IMG/VR virus record: IMGVR_UViG_3300028591_000072
Location: 1 to 64,000 of that record
DNA: 64,000 nt
Strand: one strand, 5' to 3'
Source of the DNA: a virus
Lineage: Duplodnaviria > Caudoviricetes
This document shows positions 1 through 10,425 of the stretch, in pieces. The notes under the pieces were generated by a model. That model made no database searches. It saw nothing but the letters and a program-made list of their open reading frames with translations, and was not told where the DNA came from. Position 1 is the first letter of the stretch. Every line of letters begins with the position of its first letter. The position numbers and the translations under genes were made by a program.

Positions 1-404
1 CAAAAATATATGTCCTTGAGGATTTGAAAAAGATTAAGTATAAGACATCCCGAACAAATGAAGGCTTCAAAAAGACAAGGCACAACAACGCCTTTTCACA
101 AGTCCCCATTGCTGAATTTCGGGAGATATTGACCCATAAGGCAACACTTGCAGGAAAGCAAGTGGTATCGGTTTCTCCAACATGGACAAGTCAAATGGAT
201 TGCAGGACAGGAAAACGTGACGGTGAACGACATGGTTGCAGGTACTACTGCAATGACGGTATTGTGTTTGACGCAGATTGGAACGCAGCGGTCAACATTG
301 CACAACGTGCAAACCACCCGACCACGACCGTCTTGCCGATTGATGGTAAGATGCAAGCCCTGGTCGGCAAGCCTCAGTCAACAGGCTCAACGTCAATGGT
401 TTAA
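1..404 (+). CDS. tnpB: TnpB-family RNA-guided nuclease, C-terminal part (5' truncated by window edge)
   Basis: EDLK RuvC-II just before the called ORF, V.P.WTSQ.D, DADWNAAVNI (RuvC-III). Confidence 0.85.
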   Translation, partial: KIYVLEDLKKIKYKTSRTNEGFKKTRHNNAFSQVPIAEFREILTHKATLAGKQVVSVSPTWTSQMDCRTGKRDGERHGCRYYCNDGIVFDADWNAAVNIAQRANHPTTTVLPIDGKMQALVGKPQSTGSTSMV

Positions 405-450
405 ATGCCTATGACAAGCCCACGAATTCATTCGTTGGTGGTTGACTCAC
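360..450 (+). mobile_element. Right end / omegaRNA scaffold of IS200/605-superfamily element
   Basis: aagcccacgaattcattcgttggtggttgac hairpin after tnpB, similar to ends at ~14930-14958 and ~56700-56737. Confidence 0.65.
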
Positions 451-633
451 TAAAAGACGATAGTGAACTTGACAAAGAGTATTATGACAAATTGTGTAAG
501 TACAAGGACGAAATCTGTGGAATATCATACGATAAAATGATGTGGTCACTCACAAGGCCACTGACAATCGAAGAGTGGCTTACCGAAGAACAAATTGATT
601 TCTTAAAACTAAAATTCTAAATATTGTGATATT

Positions 634-1494
634 ATGTTTGAAAAATTAAGAAATATTTTCAAAAAGCGCAACGATGAGGTTGATGAATTCCACAGTTTGG
701 AGGAAGAAAAAAGGTTAGCAAAGGCTGTTGAAAAGAAAAAAGCCTATCAAGAAAGAAAGGATAAAATCCTTGCTTATCTAAAAGAATATGATATAGCAAT
801 AGAAGCTAAATCAAAAGAAATATATGAAGAAAAAAAGAAAGAAGTTGATGAAAAAAACTCTACTTGTCCGAGGTGTGGGTCTAAAAATGTTGTCCATAAA
901 GTAGTCAGGACCAAGGGAGAAATCCATGGAACAGGAAGTAGCGGCTCATATGGTTCTATTGGTGGCTCTTTATTGGGCTTCGCTGGTTCCGTTTCATCCT
1001 ATGGGCATTCATCTATTGATGGAGAAATTGACACTTTGCAAATCAATAGATGTAAAGACTGTGAAGAAGAATGGAATATTGAAGAATTAGACGATGACTA
1101 TGGCCGTGTTGACAGCGTTTTTTCAAATTATGATTCGTTTAAGCCTGGATTTTTATTCAGGAGAATAAAAGAATATTATGAAATGAAATACGACCCATAT
1201 GACATTAAAAACGAATGTAATTCTCTTGATGAAATGAGAGAAAAATTCTTCGAAAAATGTTCAAGTTCGCATTGTATTGAGGAATACAAAAAGTGCCCAA
1301 GATACATGATTGAATATGCAATATATAAAGGGTTCACTGAGCATTTTTATGGATTAGAAGATATGGATAAGAAATTATTCAATTATCATAAAGACGATGA
1401 CGAATTTTCATACACCATGACAGATGAAATGTGGGAAGTTGTTAAAAAAATGATTGGATGGAACGGAATTGAAAATAAAATTTATTTAGAATAA
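634..1494 (+). CDS. hypothetical protein with Zn-ribbon
   Basis: 286 aa; CPRC...CKDC. Confidence 0.75.
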   Translation: MFEKLRNIFKKRNDEVDEFHSLEEEKRLAKAVEKKKAYQERKDKILAYLKEYDIAIEAKSKEIYEEKKKEVDEKNSTCPRCGSKNVVHKVVRTKGEIHGTGSSGSYGSIGGSLLGFAGSVSSYGHSSIDGEIDTLQINRCKDCEEEWNIEELDDDYGRVDSVFSNYDSFKPGFLFRRIKEYYEMKYDPYDIKNECNSLDEMREKFFEKCSSSHCIEEYKKCPRYMIEYAIYKGFTEHFYGLEDMDKKLFNYHKDDDEFSYTMTDEMWEVVKKMIGWNGIENKIYLE

Positions 1495-1510
1495 TTAAAA
1501 ATTTTGAATT

Positions 1511-1783
1511 ATGGGTTTATGGCTTATTTATTGGGTATCAGTCGCTACTGATTTTTTATTGGCTTTTATATTTAAAAAGTTTTTTATTATTGATGGAAAA
1601 CCAATACCAAGATTTTTCATATTTATAATAATAGCAATTTCATTTATACCAATAATCGGAAGTATATTATCATTAATAATGCTTGTGCACTTGCTTTTTG
1701 TGATTCTAATTGGCGATGATAACATTAAACTAAATGAACATCCTTTTAAAAGCAAGAAAATTAACGACTTCTTTATTAAATAA
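1511..1783 (+). CDS. small membrane protein
   Basis: hydrophobic 90 aa; similar to 13639..13881. Confidence 0.7.
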   Translation: MGLWLIYWVSVATDFLLAFIFKKFFIIDGKPIPRFFIFIIIAISFIPIIGSILSLIMLVHLLFVILIGDDNIKLNEHPFKSKKINDFFIK

Positions 1784-1805
1784 TAAGGCAATTATATACA
1801 GTATG

Positions 1806-1840
1806 AAAAAAAAAGGTTCTGATAACAGGGCCTTTTTTTT
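1806..1840 (+). terminator. intrinsic terminator
   Basis: aggttctg-ataa-cagggcct followed by T-run. Confidence 0.7.
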
Positions 1841-1883
1841 GTTTTTATTCATATTTTTTGTATATTAACAAAAAACAAAATTA

Positions 1884-2405
1884 ATGTTTTATTATAAGGA
1901 AGTATTAGATGATGACATAAACAAATATTATGATATAATTTGGGACGATGAAAGAATTAGCATAACTAATCATCATAATAAAAAATATGATAGTATTAAG
2001 GGCATTACACAAAGTTCTACATATGTTGCGATTCTTTTTTCTGAGATTGAAGACTGTGAATACATAATTAAAAATTATTACTATTTAATATCACAGGACT
2101 ATTTAGGGTATTATAACCATTTAATATGTAATAACCATGAAATTAAAATTGTAGAGCCAACATCTGCAAGAAAAAAAATAGACTCGTTGCTTAAATGGGC
2201 AGAAAATAGAATTGAGTATTTAAGTGATTTAACACTTAATTTAAATGAAAGAAATAATGCTTGGGTTGATTATTTAAAATGTGGTCCAAAAGGCTTTTTA
2301 AATGATTTTATGCACGATTTATGTGAAAAAGAAGGTTTTGAAGATACTGACTATTATGATGAAGGAATAAGAATAATTAAACATTATAATTTAATTAAAT
2401 TATGA
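1884..2405 (+). CDS. hypothetical protein
   Basis: 173 aa ORF after TTTG..TTGTATATTAA promoter-like motif. Confidence 0.7.
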   Translation: MFYYKEVLDDDINKYYDIIWDDERISITNHHNKKYDSIKGITQSSTYVAILFSEIEDCEYIIKNYYYLISQDYLGYYNHLICNNHEIKIVEPTSARKKIDSLLKWAENRIEYLSDLTLNLNERNNAWVDYLKCGPKGFLNDFMHDLCEKEGFEDTDYYDEGIRIIKHYNLIKL

Positions 2406-2535
2406 GCAAAGAAAAAGAATGTAGAGATTGCTTCCATGCATATCATTGTCCAATGCCACAAGAAGGATATGACTTCAATCCTGACACATGCCCTTATAAT
2501 CCTGATAATGAAAACGGCTTCAAAAGAGTTGAAGA

Positions 2536-2874
2536 ATGGGAATTTTAAAAAAAATTGGTATGAAAGGATACAAGACAAGCCGTGACTATAAAAAATTAAA
2601 GGAACTTGTTGAAAAAGGCCAAGATGTTGTTTGTTTTATCACTTGGGATTTTGATAAGCGTAATGAAAAGCCACATGAACCAATGTGGACAACAGATGTC
2701 TGTTATTGCAGATATTTTCCAAATTCAAATCCAAGGTACATAAAATACAGTTTCATGTCAAGAGGAATGTGCTTTGATGATTATTGGCCAAGCATGGATG
2801 AAGGAAAATTTACTTTTGAAGACATTTGTGAAAGAAATAAACTTGAATTTATAATACCTAACGAATATTATTAA
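2536..2874 (+). CDS. hypothetical protein
   Basis: ORF in dense operon. Confidence 0.65.
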   Translation: MGILKKIGMKGYKTSRDYKKLKELVEKGQDVVCFITWDFDKRNEKPHEPMWTTDVCYCRYFPNSNPRYIKYSFMSRGMCFDDYWPSMDEGKFTFEDICERNKLEFIIPNEYY

Positions 2875-2878
2875 TGCT

Positions 2879-3592
2879 ATGGAGTACGAGACTTTTGAAG
2901 ATTTATATAGAGATAATGCAGCTCTAATAGAATACGAATTTAGGTCACGCTTTTTTGAAATGTTCAATAGAATATTAGAAAAAATTGATTGGTATCAAGA
3001 AAAAGAGCACGAGAATATTGATGGCGGTAATTGTTCATCTGAAAATGATTATTATAGAAAAAAAATAATAAATCTAGAAAGGATTTATAAGCCATTATAT
3101 AATTTTGTTTATGATTTGCCAGATGATATGTTGCTTGGTGATAGATTCCCTATGATAATGGCTGCTAAACACAGTTTTGTAGATGCTTCGCTTCCTACAG
3201 AAGACGAAATAAATCGTGAATATAGGGGAAAGCCTGAATGGAGAACAAAATTGCACCATCTTCAAGCCAAACAAATGGAGTTGGCTGAACTTCTTGAGGG
3301 TGTTATTGTATGGGCTTACAAACTTGGCTGTAAGGACTTTGAGAAAGAGCCAAAAGATGTTTATAGCGAACCAGAACATCTTGAGCCAAGAGAACTTCGT
3401 TTACGTAGATTACAAATGTATGCAAAAAACACTTGCTTTGCAAAAATGGTTGCTTCTTTGTATGACATGGGATATAGAAATGCACTTAAAGAAAATCCTG
3501 GTGACTTTAACAATGCAGCTAATAAAGGATTGGACACAGCAAAAAGTTTTTTTGACGAGGTAACGAAAAGACAAAATGAACGAGACAATTAA
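2879..3592 (+). CDS. hypothetical protein
   Basis: 237 aa ORF. Confidence 0.7.
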   Translation: MEYETFEDLYRDNAALIEYEFRSRFFEMFNRILEKIDWYQEKEHENIDGGNCSSENDYYRKKIINLERIYKPLYNFVYDLPDDMLLGDRFPMIMAAKHSFVDASLPTEDEINREYRGKPEWRTKLHHLQAKQMELAELLEGVIVWAYKLGCKDFEKEPKDVYSEPEHLEPRELRLRRLQMYAKNTCFAKMVASLYDMGYRNALKENPGDFNNAANKGLDTAKSFFDEVTKRQNERDN

Positions 3593-3859
3593 TAACTGGT
3601 ATGATGAAGATGGCTATTATCATTGCGAAAATTGTGATACTTGCCATTTCTATGATGGAGAAAATTGTTTAATGAAATGATAACTGAAATTAATACTTTG
3701 TTTATAAAAGAAGAAATCTGTGGAGAAACTTTTATATCGCCACATAATCTAAATCTTAATTTTGATTCACATTTAAGAAGGTATGAAGAACTTGAAAGCG
3801 AAGCAAAAGTAAATCGTATGCTGGAAAGATACGGATATAAAGGAACAATATTATAAATT

Positions 3860-4453
3860 ATGATTCTTGATGGATATATAAACCACTCTGGAGGAGCATT
3901 AGGGGCTGATACCTATTGGGGAGAAATAGGAGAAAAATATGGAGTCGTTTCCAACCATTATTATTATGGAGAAAAAACACCAAATGGAAACTATGAAATC
4001 TCCAAAGAAGACTATGAAGAAGGTAGAATAGAAGCTGCTAGGGCTGCAAATTTTAATTGGGGATACCAATACCAAACTATGAAAGACAATCGCCTTATAA
4101 GAAATTGGGCCCAAGTTAAATACTCTGACGCTATCTTTGCAATAGGACACCTTGTTAGACCAGGAGAAAAAATGTTCCCAAATCAGAAAAACGACACAAG
4201 GGTTGCCATAAATCCAGGAGTGCAAGGCGGAACTGGCTATGCCGTAGCAATGGCAATTCTTCACGGAAAGCCTGTATATGTGTTTGACCAAGAAAGAAAT
4301 AAGTGGTTTAAAAATATTGAAGGAAAATGGTCCGAATCAGATGTTCCTGTATTAACATACAATTTTGCGGGAATAGGAACACGTAATTTAAATGAAAATG
4401 GAAAAAAAGCCATAGAAGAAGTTTATTCAGCAACAATAGATAAAACCATTTAA
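3860..4453 (+). CDS. SLOG-superfamily (DprA/YpsA-like) nucleotide-binding protein
   Basis: HSGGALGAD, RN.AQV..SDAIFAI, GGTGYAV.MA...KPVYV. Confidence 0.7.
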   Translation: MILDGYINHSGGALGADTYWGEIGEKYGVVSNHYYYGEKTPNGNYEISKEDYEEGRIEAARAANFNWGYQYQTMKDNRLIRNWAQVKYSDAIFAIGHLVRPGEKMFPNQKNDTRVAINPGVQGGTGYAVAMAILHGKPVYVFDQERNKWFKNIEGKWSESDVPVLTYNFAGIGTRNLNENGKKAIEEVYSATIDKTI

Positions 4454-4550
4454 GAATTAAATGATGAATATAAACAGCAATTGGAAGAAGACAAAAAAGA
4501 ATGGCTTAAAGAACGAATGGCTGGAATAAATTTGTTGGATAAATAAACTT

Positions 4551-4568
4551 TGGCACGATTTTTGTATA
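4551..4568 (+). promoter_or_regulatory. sigma54-like -24/-12 motif (representative + strand copy; others at 6109, 7141, 8244, 10143, 13401)
   Basis: TGGCACGATTTTTGTATA ~35 nt upstream of ATG. Confidence 0.7.
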
Positions 4569-4600
4569 TAGAGTAGTCGCTAACTTAAAATTACATCATT

Positions 4601-5098
4601 ATGGAAAATAAACCTTATGCACACCTTAAAAAAATCGCAACCATAAGTTTGGTGGTTTCAATCATTCTGTTCTGTTTTGGATTGTTTGTAATCCCATTTA
4701 TAGGCATTTTGGCATCATTCTGCTTGTTCCTTTATGTAAGTTGGATTAAGACGGACAATAGAACAAAAAACGAATATAGAAATTTCTGCCTCACGAAAGA
4801 CATTCAATTTGGCACACCAATTGAAATGGTAGAAGAAATTATGGATTCTTATTTTCTTTTATCGGTTAATAAAAGCAAATCAGCCCCAAAAGAAAAGATT
4901 TGCAAAACCTGTGGAGGAAAAGTAGTAGATGGAGAATTTCAATATTGCCACAATAAATATGATGACAGCAGTGATGTTACAAGACTGAATTATTACAGTA
5001 AATATGGTACTCAATCATTCATATTCAAGCATGGAAAACTTGACAACGTTGAAACTGACCTTTTACCGTTAAACCAATTTTTAATTTTAAACTTTTAA
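4601..5098 (+). CDS. membrane-anchored Zn-finger protein (paralog of 7740..8237)
   Basis: two N-terminal TM segments, CxxCGG...YC. Confidence 0.7.
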   Translation: MENKPYAHLKKIATISLVVSIILFCFGLFVIPFIGILASFCLFLYVSWIKTDNRTKNEYRNFCLTKDIQFGTPIEMVEEIMDSYFLLSVNKSKSAPKEKICKTCGGKVVDGEFQYCHNKYDDSSDVTRLNYYSKYGTQSFIFKHGKLDNVETDLLPLNQFLILNF

Positions 5099-5102
5099 CA
5101 AA

Positions 5103-5549
5103 ATGAAAATAATAAGTTGTGCATTAGTAATAATTGACAAATACAGAAACATACTTGGTTGCCACGGAACAGGAAAACCAAATGAAAACGGATATGATTT
5201 TCCTAAAGGTTGTGCTGAAGAAGGTGAAAACCATTTAGACGCAGCTCTTAGGGAACTTATGGAAGAAACTGGTATTATTCTTTCAAAAAGCGAACCAATT
5301 ATTGACGCAGGAATCCATTATCATAATAAAAGAAAAGATATTCATATCTTTATTTATAGAATTAAGCAATTTCCTGATGTTAAAACACTTAATTGTACAT
5401 CATATTTTATTGATAGAAATGGAAAAGAAACCCTTGAAATGGATTCTTTCAAAATAATATCCAAAAATGAAAGAAAAGAACTATTCTATCACGGATTACA
5501 AAATAAATTTGAATTAATTGATAAAATAAATGAATCTTCCAATATGTGA
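5103..5549 (+). CDS. Nudix hydrolase
   Basis: Nudix box PKGCAEEGENHLDAALRELMEETG. Confidence 0.9.
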   Translation: MKIISCALVIIDKYRNILGCHGTGKPNENGYDFPKGCAEEGENHLDAALRELMEETGIILSKSEPIIDAGIHYHNKRKDIHIFIYRIKQFPDVKTLNCTSYFIDRNGKETLEMDSFKIISKNERKELFYHGLQNKFELIDKINESSNM

Positions 5550-5940
5550 ATTTCATCAAGGAGATTGGCTAATACCTTACGATAGCGACACGCCAGACCA
5601 AATATATTCCGTATCTTTTCAGGAAGAAATGGCAGGAATTTGGCCGATAATCCAATTCCGACACAATAGAAATGCATGGATATATCCAAGTTTTTGCACT
5701 CGTATAGAACTTACCGAGGAATTCTTTGGACACAACGGCTTTGAATACTCTCCGTTCTCATCAGGAAGCTATGACTACAAAGACGAAGATGGAAATAAAT
5801 TATCATTCACTAAAATAAATGGAAACAATTATTGGAATTGTTATTTTAATGATTTGCTTATTCCAGGAAATATAGAATATGTGGATGATGTACAAAGAAT
5901 GTTTATAACTTTTAAAATTAAAAAAAATTTTGTATTATGA
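5530..5940 (+). CDS. hypothetical phage protein
   Basis: 136 aa; IELTEEF..NGF and I.YV.DVQ motifs. Confidence 0.7.
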   Translation: MNLPICEFHQGDWLIPYDSDTPDQIYSVSFQEEMAGIWPIIQFRHNRNAWIYPSFCTRIELTEEFFGHNGFEYSPFSSGSYDYKDEDGNKLSFTKINGNNYWNCYFNDLLIPGNIEYVDDVQRMFITFKIKKNFVL

Positions 5941-6156
5941 TTATACAAATTTTACAAGTAATTTTATTGATAGCACAAATAGTTTTATGTGCTATTGGAC
6001 TCATTGGAAAGGCTAATGAAACAATGTCTGAAGAAAAAGCTAACGTTTGTCTTTATTCTTCATACGGATGCTGTATTTTAATATTGTTACTTGGATTGCT
6101 ATAAAGTTTGGCACGGTTTTTGTATATAAACAACAGGAACATTAAAATTAACTATT

Positions 6157-6765
6157 ATGATTACACTTGAAAACATCAAACATCTTAACGACTTACACAA
6201 TCTACCAAAAGACATTCATGTAAATAAGAATGTACTGTTGGATTATAGATTAACTGATAGTCTTAAAGCAACAGATAAAAATCCAAGAAACCGTGAATAT
6301 GACTTTGATGTTTTTCTGCCAAAGTACGGAATTAACCTACAGCGCCCTTATATGTGGGAACATTACCAACAGAGTGAGTTTATTTTCTCTATTCTGTTCG
6401 AGAAGCCTCTTGAGCCTGTTGTAATCGTTCAACACACGTTTAACTACGATGCCAGAAGCGAAAGCATCAACTATGTGATTGATGGTAAACAACGTCTTAT
6501 GACTATTCAGAAATTCCTTAGAAATGAATTCTCAATCAATATCAATGGACAAGACTGCTATTTCAGGGATTTTGATGATAAATTGCAATGGTTCTTTGAA
6601 TCAAGGGCAAATAGTATGACCGCATTGATTTATTATTCATATCCTGACGTTCCTGTTACTGATGATATGAAGATTTACCTGTTTAATTTCTACAATTTCT
6701 CAGGTACACCACAAACCGAGGAACATAAAAACAGACTACAAGCATTATTAAAAAAAGAACATTAA
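6157..6765 (+). CDS. DUF262 / ParB-Srx-like (GmrSD N-terminal type) domain protein
   Basis: LQRPYMW...Q..FI.SIL and VIDGKQRL. Confidence 0.8.
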   Translation: MITLENIKHLNDLHNLPKDIHVNKNVLLDYRLTDSLKATDKNPRNREYDFDVFLPKYGINLQRPYMWEHYQQSEFIFSILFEKPLEPVVIVQHTFNYDARSESINYVIDGKQRLMTIQKFLRNEFSININGQDCYFRDFDDKLQWFFESRANSMTALIYYSYPDVPVTDDMKIYLFNFYNFSGTPQTEEHKNRLQALLKKEH

Positions 6766-6777
6766 AATATTATTATT

Positions 6778-7032
6778 ATGAAAATTGAAATTGAAATCGA
6801 AGACAAGTATTTGAACGCTGTTGCTGCACAAATGGTTTTGGTTGCAGACTCAGAATATGAGGAAATGATTGCTGAGCAAGCAAAGAAAAAATGTATGGAA
6901 GATACAATTATCCTAAGTCCTGACAGTTTGGGCGATGACGCAAAACAATTACAATTGGGACTTGCAATGATGGCTATGGGCCAAGTTGCTGATGAAATCG
7001 AATACAACAAAAGAATGAGATTCATTTGTTAA
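6778..7032 (+). CDS. hypothetical protein
   Basis: 84 aa ORF. Confidence 0.6.
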   Translation: MKIEIEIEDKYLNAVAAQMVLVADSEYEEMIAEQAKKKCMEDTIILSPDSLGDDAKQLQLGLAMMAMGQVADEIEYNKRMRFIC

Positions 7033-7354
7033 ATGCAAACATTCTGATGCTAAAGATTCCAATGGGAGTTTACATGTAAAACACAAAATATACAAAAATT
7101 TTAAAGAAGAAACATTGTCTTATATGTATGATTAAAACTTTGGCACGGTTTTTGATAAGTAAATAATGTAATTTAAAATTTAAAAAGAAATATGAGAACT
7201 GAAGTTATTTTAACAATTATTACTTGGATTTTCCTTATCCTTGGATGGGTGTTTTTTAAGTTAACAATCTTGGCAATTGTTTTCTTCTTTATATCTATGG
7301 CCCTTTCTGGAATTAATTTACATATTATGTGCAAAAAAGAAAAAAATAATAAAA

Positions 7355-7687
7355 ATGGAAAAGAAATTTAAAAAAGGCGATATTGTATGCGTTTATTACG
7401 CCCACGGTGATAAGAAAGAAATCCATGAAACAGAAGTAATAAGTTCTGGCACAAAGTATATAACCACAAAATACGAACAACGCAACAAATTTGATGCAGA
7501 AAGTTTATGCTCAGATTGGGGTGGCTATTCATTGTTCAAAGGAACTAAAGAAGAATGTGAAACGTATATTTCTAAATTTGAAGACGCAAAAACAAAGTGC
7601 TGTGAAATACGTAGTTATTTTGAAGGACGAATTGATGATTTTGAGTTAGTAAATAAAGTATATGATTTAGTGTTTAACAAAAATTAA
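7355..7687 (+). CDS. hypothetical protein (start moved to MEKKFKKGD)
   Basis: A-rich ATG context at 7355. Confidence 0.65.
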   Translation: MEKKFKKGDIVCVYYAHGDKKEIHETEVISSGTKYITTKYEQRNKFDAESLCSDWGGYSLFKGTKEECETYISKFEDAKTKCCEIRSYFEGRIDDFELVNKVYDLVFNKN

Positions 7688-7739
7688 TTATAAAATAAAA
7701 TTAAGAAAATTATTTTAGTATTGGTCATTTTAATTAGAA

Positions 7740-8237
7740 ATGAATTATATACAAATGAAAAATCATAAAAACTATTATAAAATAAGTGTTATTAGCGCAT
7801 TCTTAATGCTTCTTTCGACAATATTTGAAATATATTTTTTATCTTTAATATTGTTTATTGTTGCACTTTTCACATTTGTTTATGGAAAATGGGCAGAAGC
7901 AGACAATAAAACAATTACTGAATATAGTAATTTTACAAATGCCAATGAAGAACTTGGAATGTGCATGAAAGAAATAAAAGACATTAATTCCAAATACCTA
8001 CCAATAAAAACAATAAATACAGCAACAGTTAACTCTTCAACATGCCAATGCTGTGGAAGTATAATGGTTAACGGAAAATGCCTTTATTGTGGAAATGAAC
8101 AATTTAATGACACAAATAGTGTTGTACTAATGTACAAAACAAAATTCGGAGAAAAAACTTTTACTTTTAAAGATGATATCCTTATTAACAAAAAATCATC
8201 TTTTAAACCATTAAAAAATTTTTTGATTTTGCAATAA
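7740..8237 (+). CDS. membrane-anchored Zn-finger protein (paralog of 4601..5098)
   Basis: TM pair, CQCCGS..GKCLYCG. Confidence 0.7.
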   Translation: MNYIQMKNHKNYYKISVISAFLMLLSTIFEIYFLSLILFIVALFTFVYGKWAEADNKTITEYSNFTNANEELGMCMKEIKDINSKYLPIKTINTATVNSSTCQCCGSIMVNGKCLYCGNEQFNDTNSVVLMYKTKFGEKTFTFKDDILINKKSSFKPLKNFLILQ

Positions 8238-8297
8238 TACCTTTGGCACGATTGTTGTATAGGTATTATTTTAACATACGAAAAAAAATTTCAAATT

Positions 8298-10088
8298 ATG
8301 AATTACAAAAAGAAATACGAAGAAGTTATTAAAAAGGCAAAGGAATACAATAAAAGATGGCAATGTATTCAGGCAACAGATTCGGAACTTGCATTAAAAG
8401 AATTAAAAGAAATCTTCCCAGAACTCAAAGAGTCCGAGGATGAGAGGATAAGAAAGTACATAATATGGCATTTGAAACATACGAGAACTTATCTCGATAA
8501 TTCCATTAATAACCATGTGGAAGAAGCAATCGCCTGGCTTGAAAAGCAAGGTGAACAAAACAATCTTTTAAACTTCAATGAAGCGGAAATGGAGAAAACT
8601 GATTTTGTCAGCGGACAATTCATCGAATGCAGAAAATCATTTAATGAGTTTAAAGAAGAGAATTCATATTGGTTAGAGTACATCGGTGATGACACTTACA
8701 TTGGTAGAAGTAACAATGTTCTCAACAAAAAGTTTCACATTACACCAAGACAATTATTCACTCTTTTCACTCATGAACACTGTCCAAAAGAAAATAATGT
8801 AAATGAAGAAACAAATACTCCAACAAACTACGGTAAGTATGTTGATAAATGCCTTAATGATGCAGCAAAACATTTCTTTTCAGAAGGAGAAGATAAATAT
8901 AATGTTGCAGATTTATTTTATGCTGGTGTAAAATGTGGACAATCTTTGCTTGAAAAGCAAGGTGAACAGAAACCTGTTATTTATATTCCCAAATTCCGTG
9001 TAGGTGATAAGCTGGTTAGCACAACGAATCCAAGGCTTACCTATGAGGTTTTAGAAGTAGGGCTCATCAATGAACTTGGCAATCCAGAATATAAAGTAGA
9101 AGTATTTACTGACGGAAAAGTCAAAAATCCTAGCAACATTTATAATATGGAATACTATAAGGTAGATGAATGGGCTAAACTGATTGAGCAGAAATCTGCC
9201 AATAAGGTTAAGCCAAAGTTTAATGTTGGCGATTGGATTGTACAAGAAAATATTGGAGTCTATAAAGTTATCGAAGTATGTGAATCTTGGTATGAAGTTG
9301 TTGATAATACGGATAAACATTATTCAATCAGCTTTGATAAAGAATATATGTGTCATCTTTGGACTATCCAAGATGCAAATGATGGCGATATACTTTCTGA
9401 AAGTAAAAGGGAAGTAATTCTTATATTTAGAGGAATTGGTAATACAAGATGGGATGATGTTATAGATTTTCATTGTTATTATGATTGCTATTTGGAAGAC
9501 TTTGGCATCCAAAAATATTTAGATTACTGGGGCAACGCAAAGGACAATCAATTAAAACCAGCAACCAAAGAACAGCGTGACATCTTATTCCAAAAGATGC
9601 GTGAAGCAAGTTATGAATGGGATTCAAAAAAGAAAGAGTTGAAGAAAATTGAGCAGAAATCTTCTTGGAGTGAAAAGATTAAAGGTCTTAATGAACTTGA
9701 GACATATATTCTTTCATTAGTTCCTGATAGGTCATTAAATGCAATTAAAATTGATACTAAAAATATTAGATACATAATCAATAAAGAACAGAAGCCTGCT
9801 TGGAACGAAGAGGATGAAAAACTTTATACTTCTGCATTATGGCACATAAAGAACTCTTGTGGTAATGGAGGTAAGGACAGTGGAGAATATGAAATCTATA
9901 ATTGGCTAAAATCCATCAAAGATAGATTTCAGCCACAACCAAAGCAAGAATGGAGTAAAGAAGATAGCGAAAGACTTCTTAGAATCCATCAATTCATTTG
10001 GGCCAATAGAAAAGGCGATACCGATGAAATCTATCAGCAAGAACAAGATGCAGATTGGCTAATGTCAATAATCCCACAGCCAAATTAG
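8298..10088 (+). CDS. modular repeat protein (LEKQGEQ / KPKF.VGDW / WTIQDA.DGD modules)
   Basis: 596 aa; modules shared with 10426..12327. Confidence 0.8.
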   Translation: MNYKKKYEEVIKKAKEYNKRWQCIQATDSELALKELKEIFPELKESEDERIRKYIIWHLKHTRTYLDNSINNHVEEAIAWLEKQGEQNNLLNFNEAEMEKTDFVSGQFIECRKSFNEFKEENSYWLEYIGDDTYIGRSNNVLNKKFHITPRQLFTLFTHEHCPKENNVNEETNTPTNYGKYVDKCLNDAAKHFFSEGEDKYNVADLFYAGVKCGQSLLEKQGEQKPVIYIPKFRVGDKLVSTTNPRLTYEVLEVGLINELGNPEYKVEVFTDGKVKNPSNIYNMEYYKVDEWAKLIEQKSANKVKPKFNVGDWIVQENIGVYKVIEVCESWYEVVDNTDKHYSISFDKEYMCHLWTIQDANDGDILSESKREVILIFRGIGNTRWDDVIDFHCYYDCYLEDFGIQKYLDYWGNAKDNQLKPATKEQRDILFQKMREASYEWDSKKKELKKIEQKSSWSEKIKGLNELETYILSLVPDRSLNAIKIDTKNIRYIINKEQKPAWNEEDEKLYTSALWHIKNSCGNGGKDSGEYEIYNWLKSIKDRFQPQPKQEWSKEDSERLLRIHQFIWANRKGDTDEIYQQEQDADWLMSIIPQPN

Positions 10089-10191
10089 TATCCGCAAACT
10101 CTTTGTATGATGATTTAAAAAAAATCTAATTGATTAATAGTTTGGCATAGTTTTTGCTATGTAAACAATGTAAATTTAAATTTAAATCGTT

Positions 10192-10386
10192 ATGAGTTGT
10201 ATTGAAGATTATCCTGTCATTGAACAAGCAATTGAATTTGGCGTAAGCCAATGGGGAAAGAAAGAAGCAATGGCCATACAAATTGCATATTATTGGATAC
10301 TTGGATGGCTTGCTGCAAAAGAAAACATTTCCGATTATGATAGAAATATTATTGAACAAGGTGTAAAAAACTATTATTTTATTTAA
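10192..10386 (+). CDS. hypothetical protein
   Basis: follows TGGCATAG motif at 10143. Confidence 0.6.
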   Translation: MSCIEDYPVIEQAIEFGVSQWGKKEAMAIQIAYYWILGWLAAKENISDYDRNIIEQGVKNYYFI

Positions 10387-10425
10387 AAAATTCAAAATTA
10401 AAGAAATTGTAAAATATTATTAATT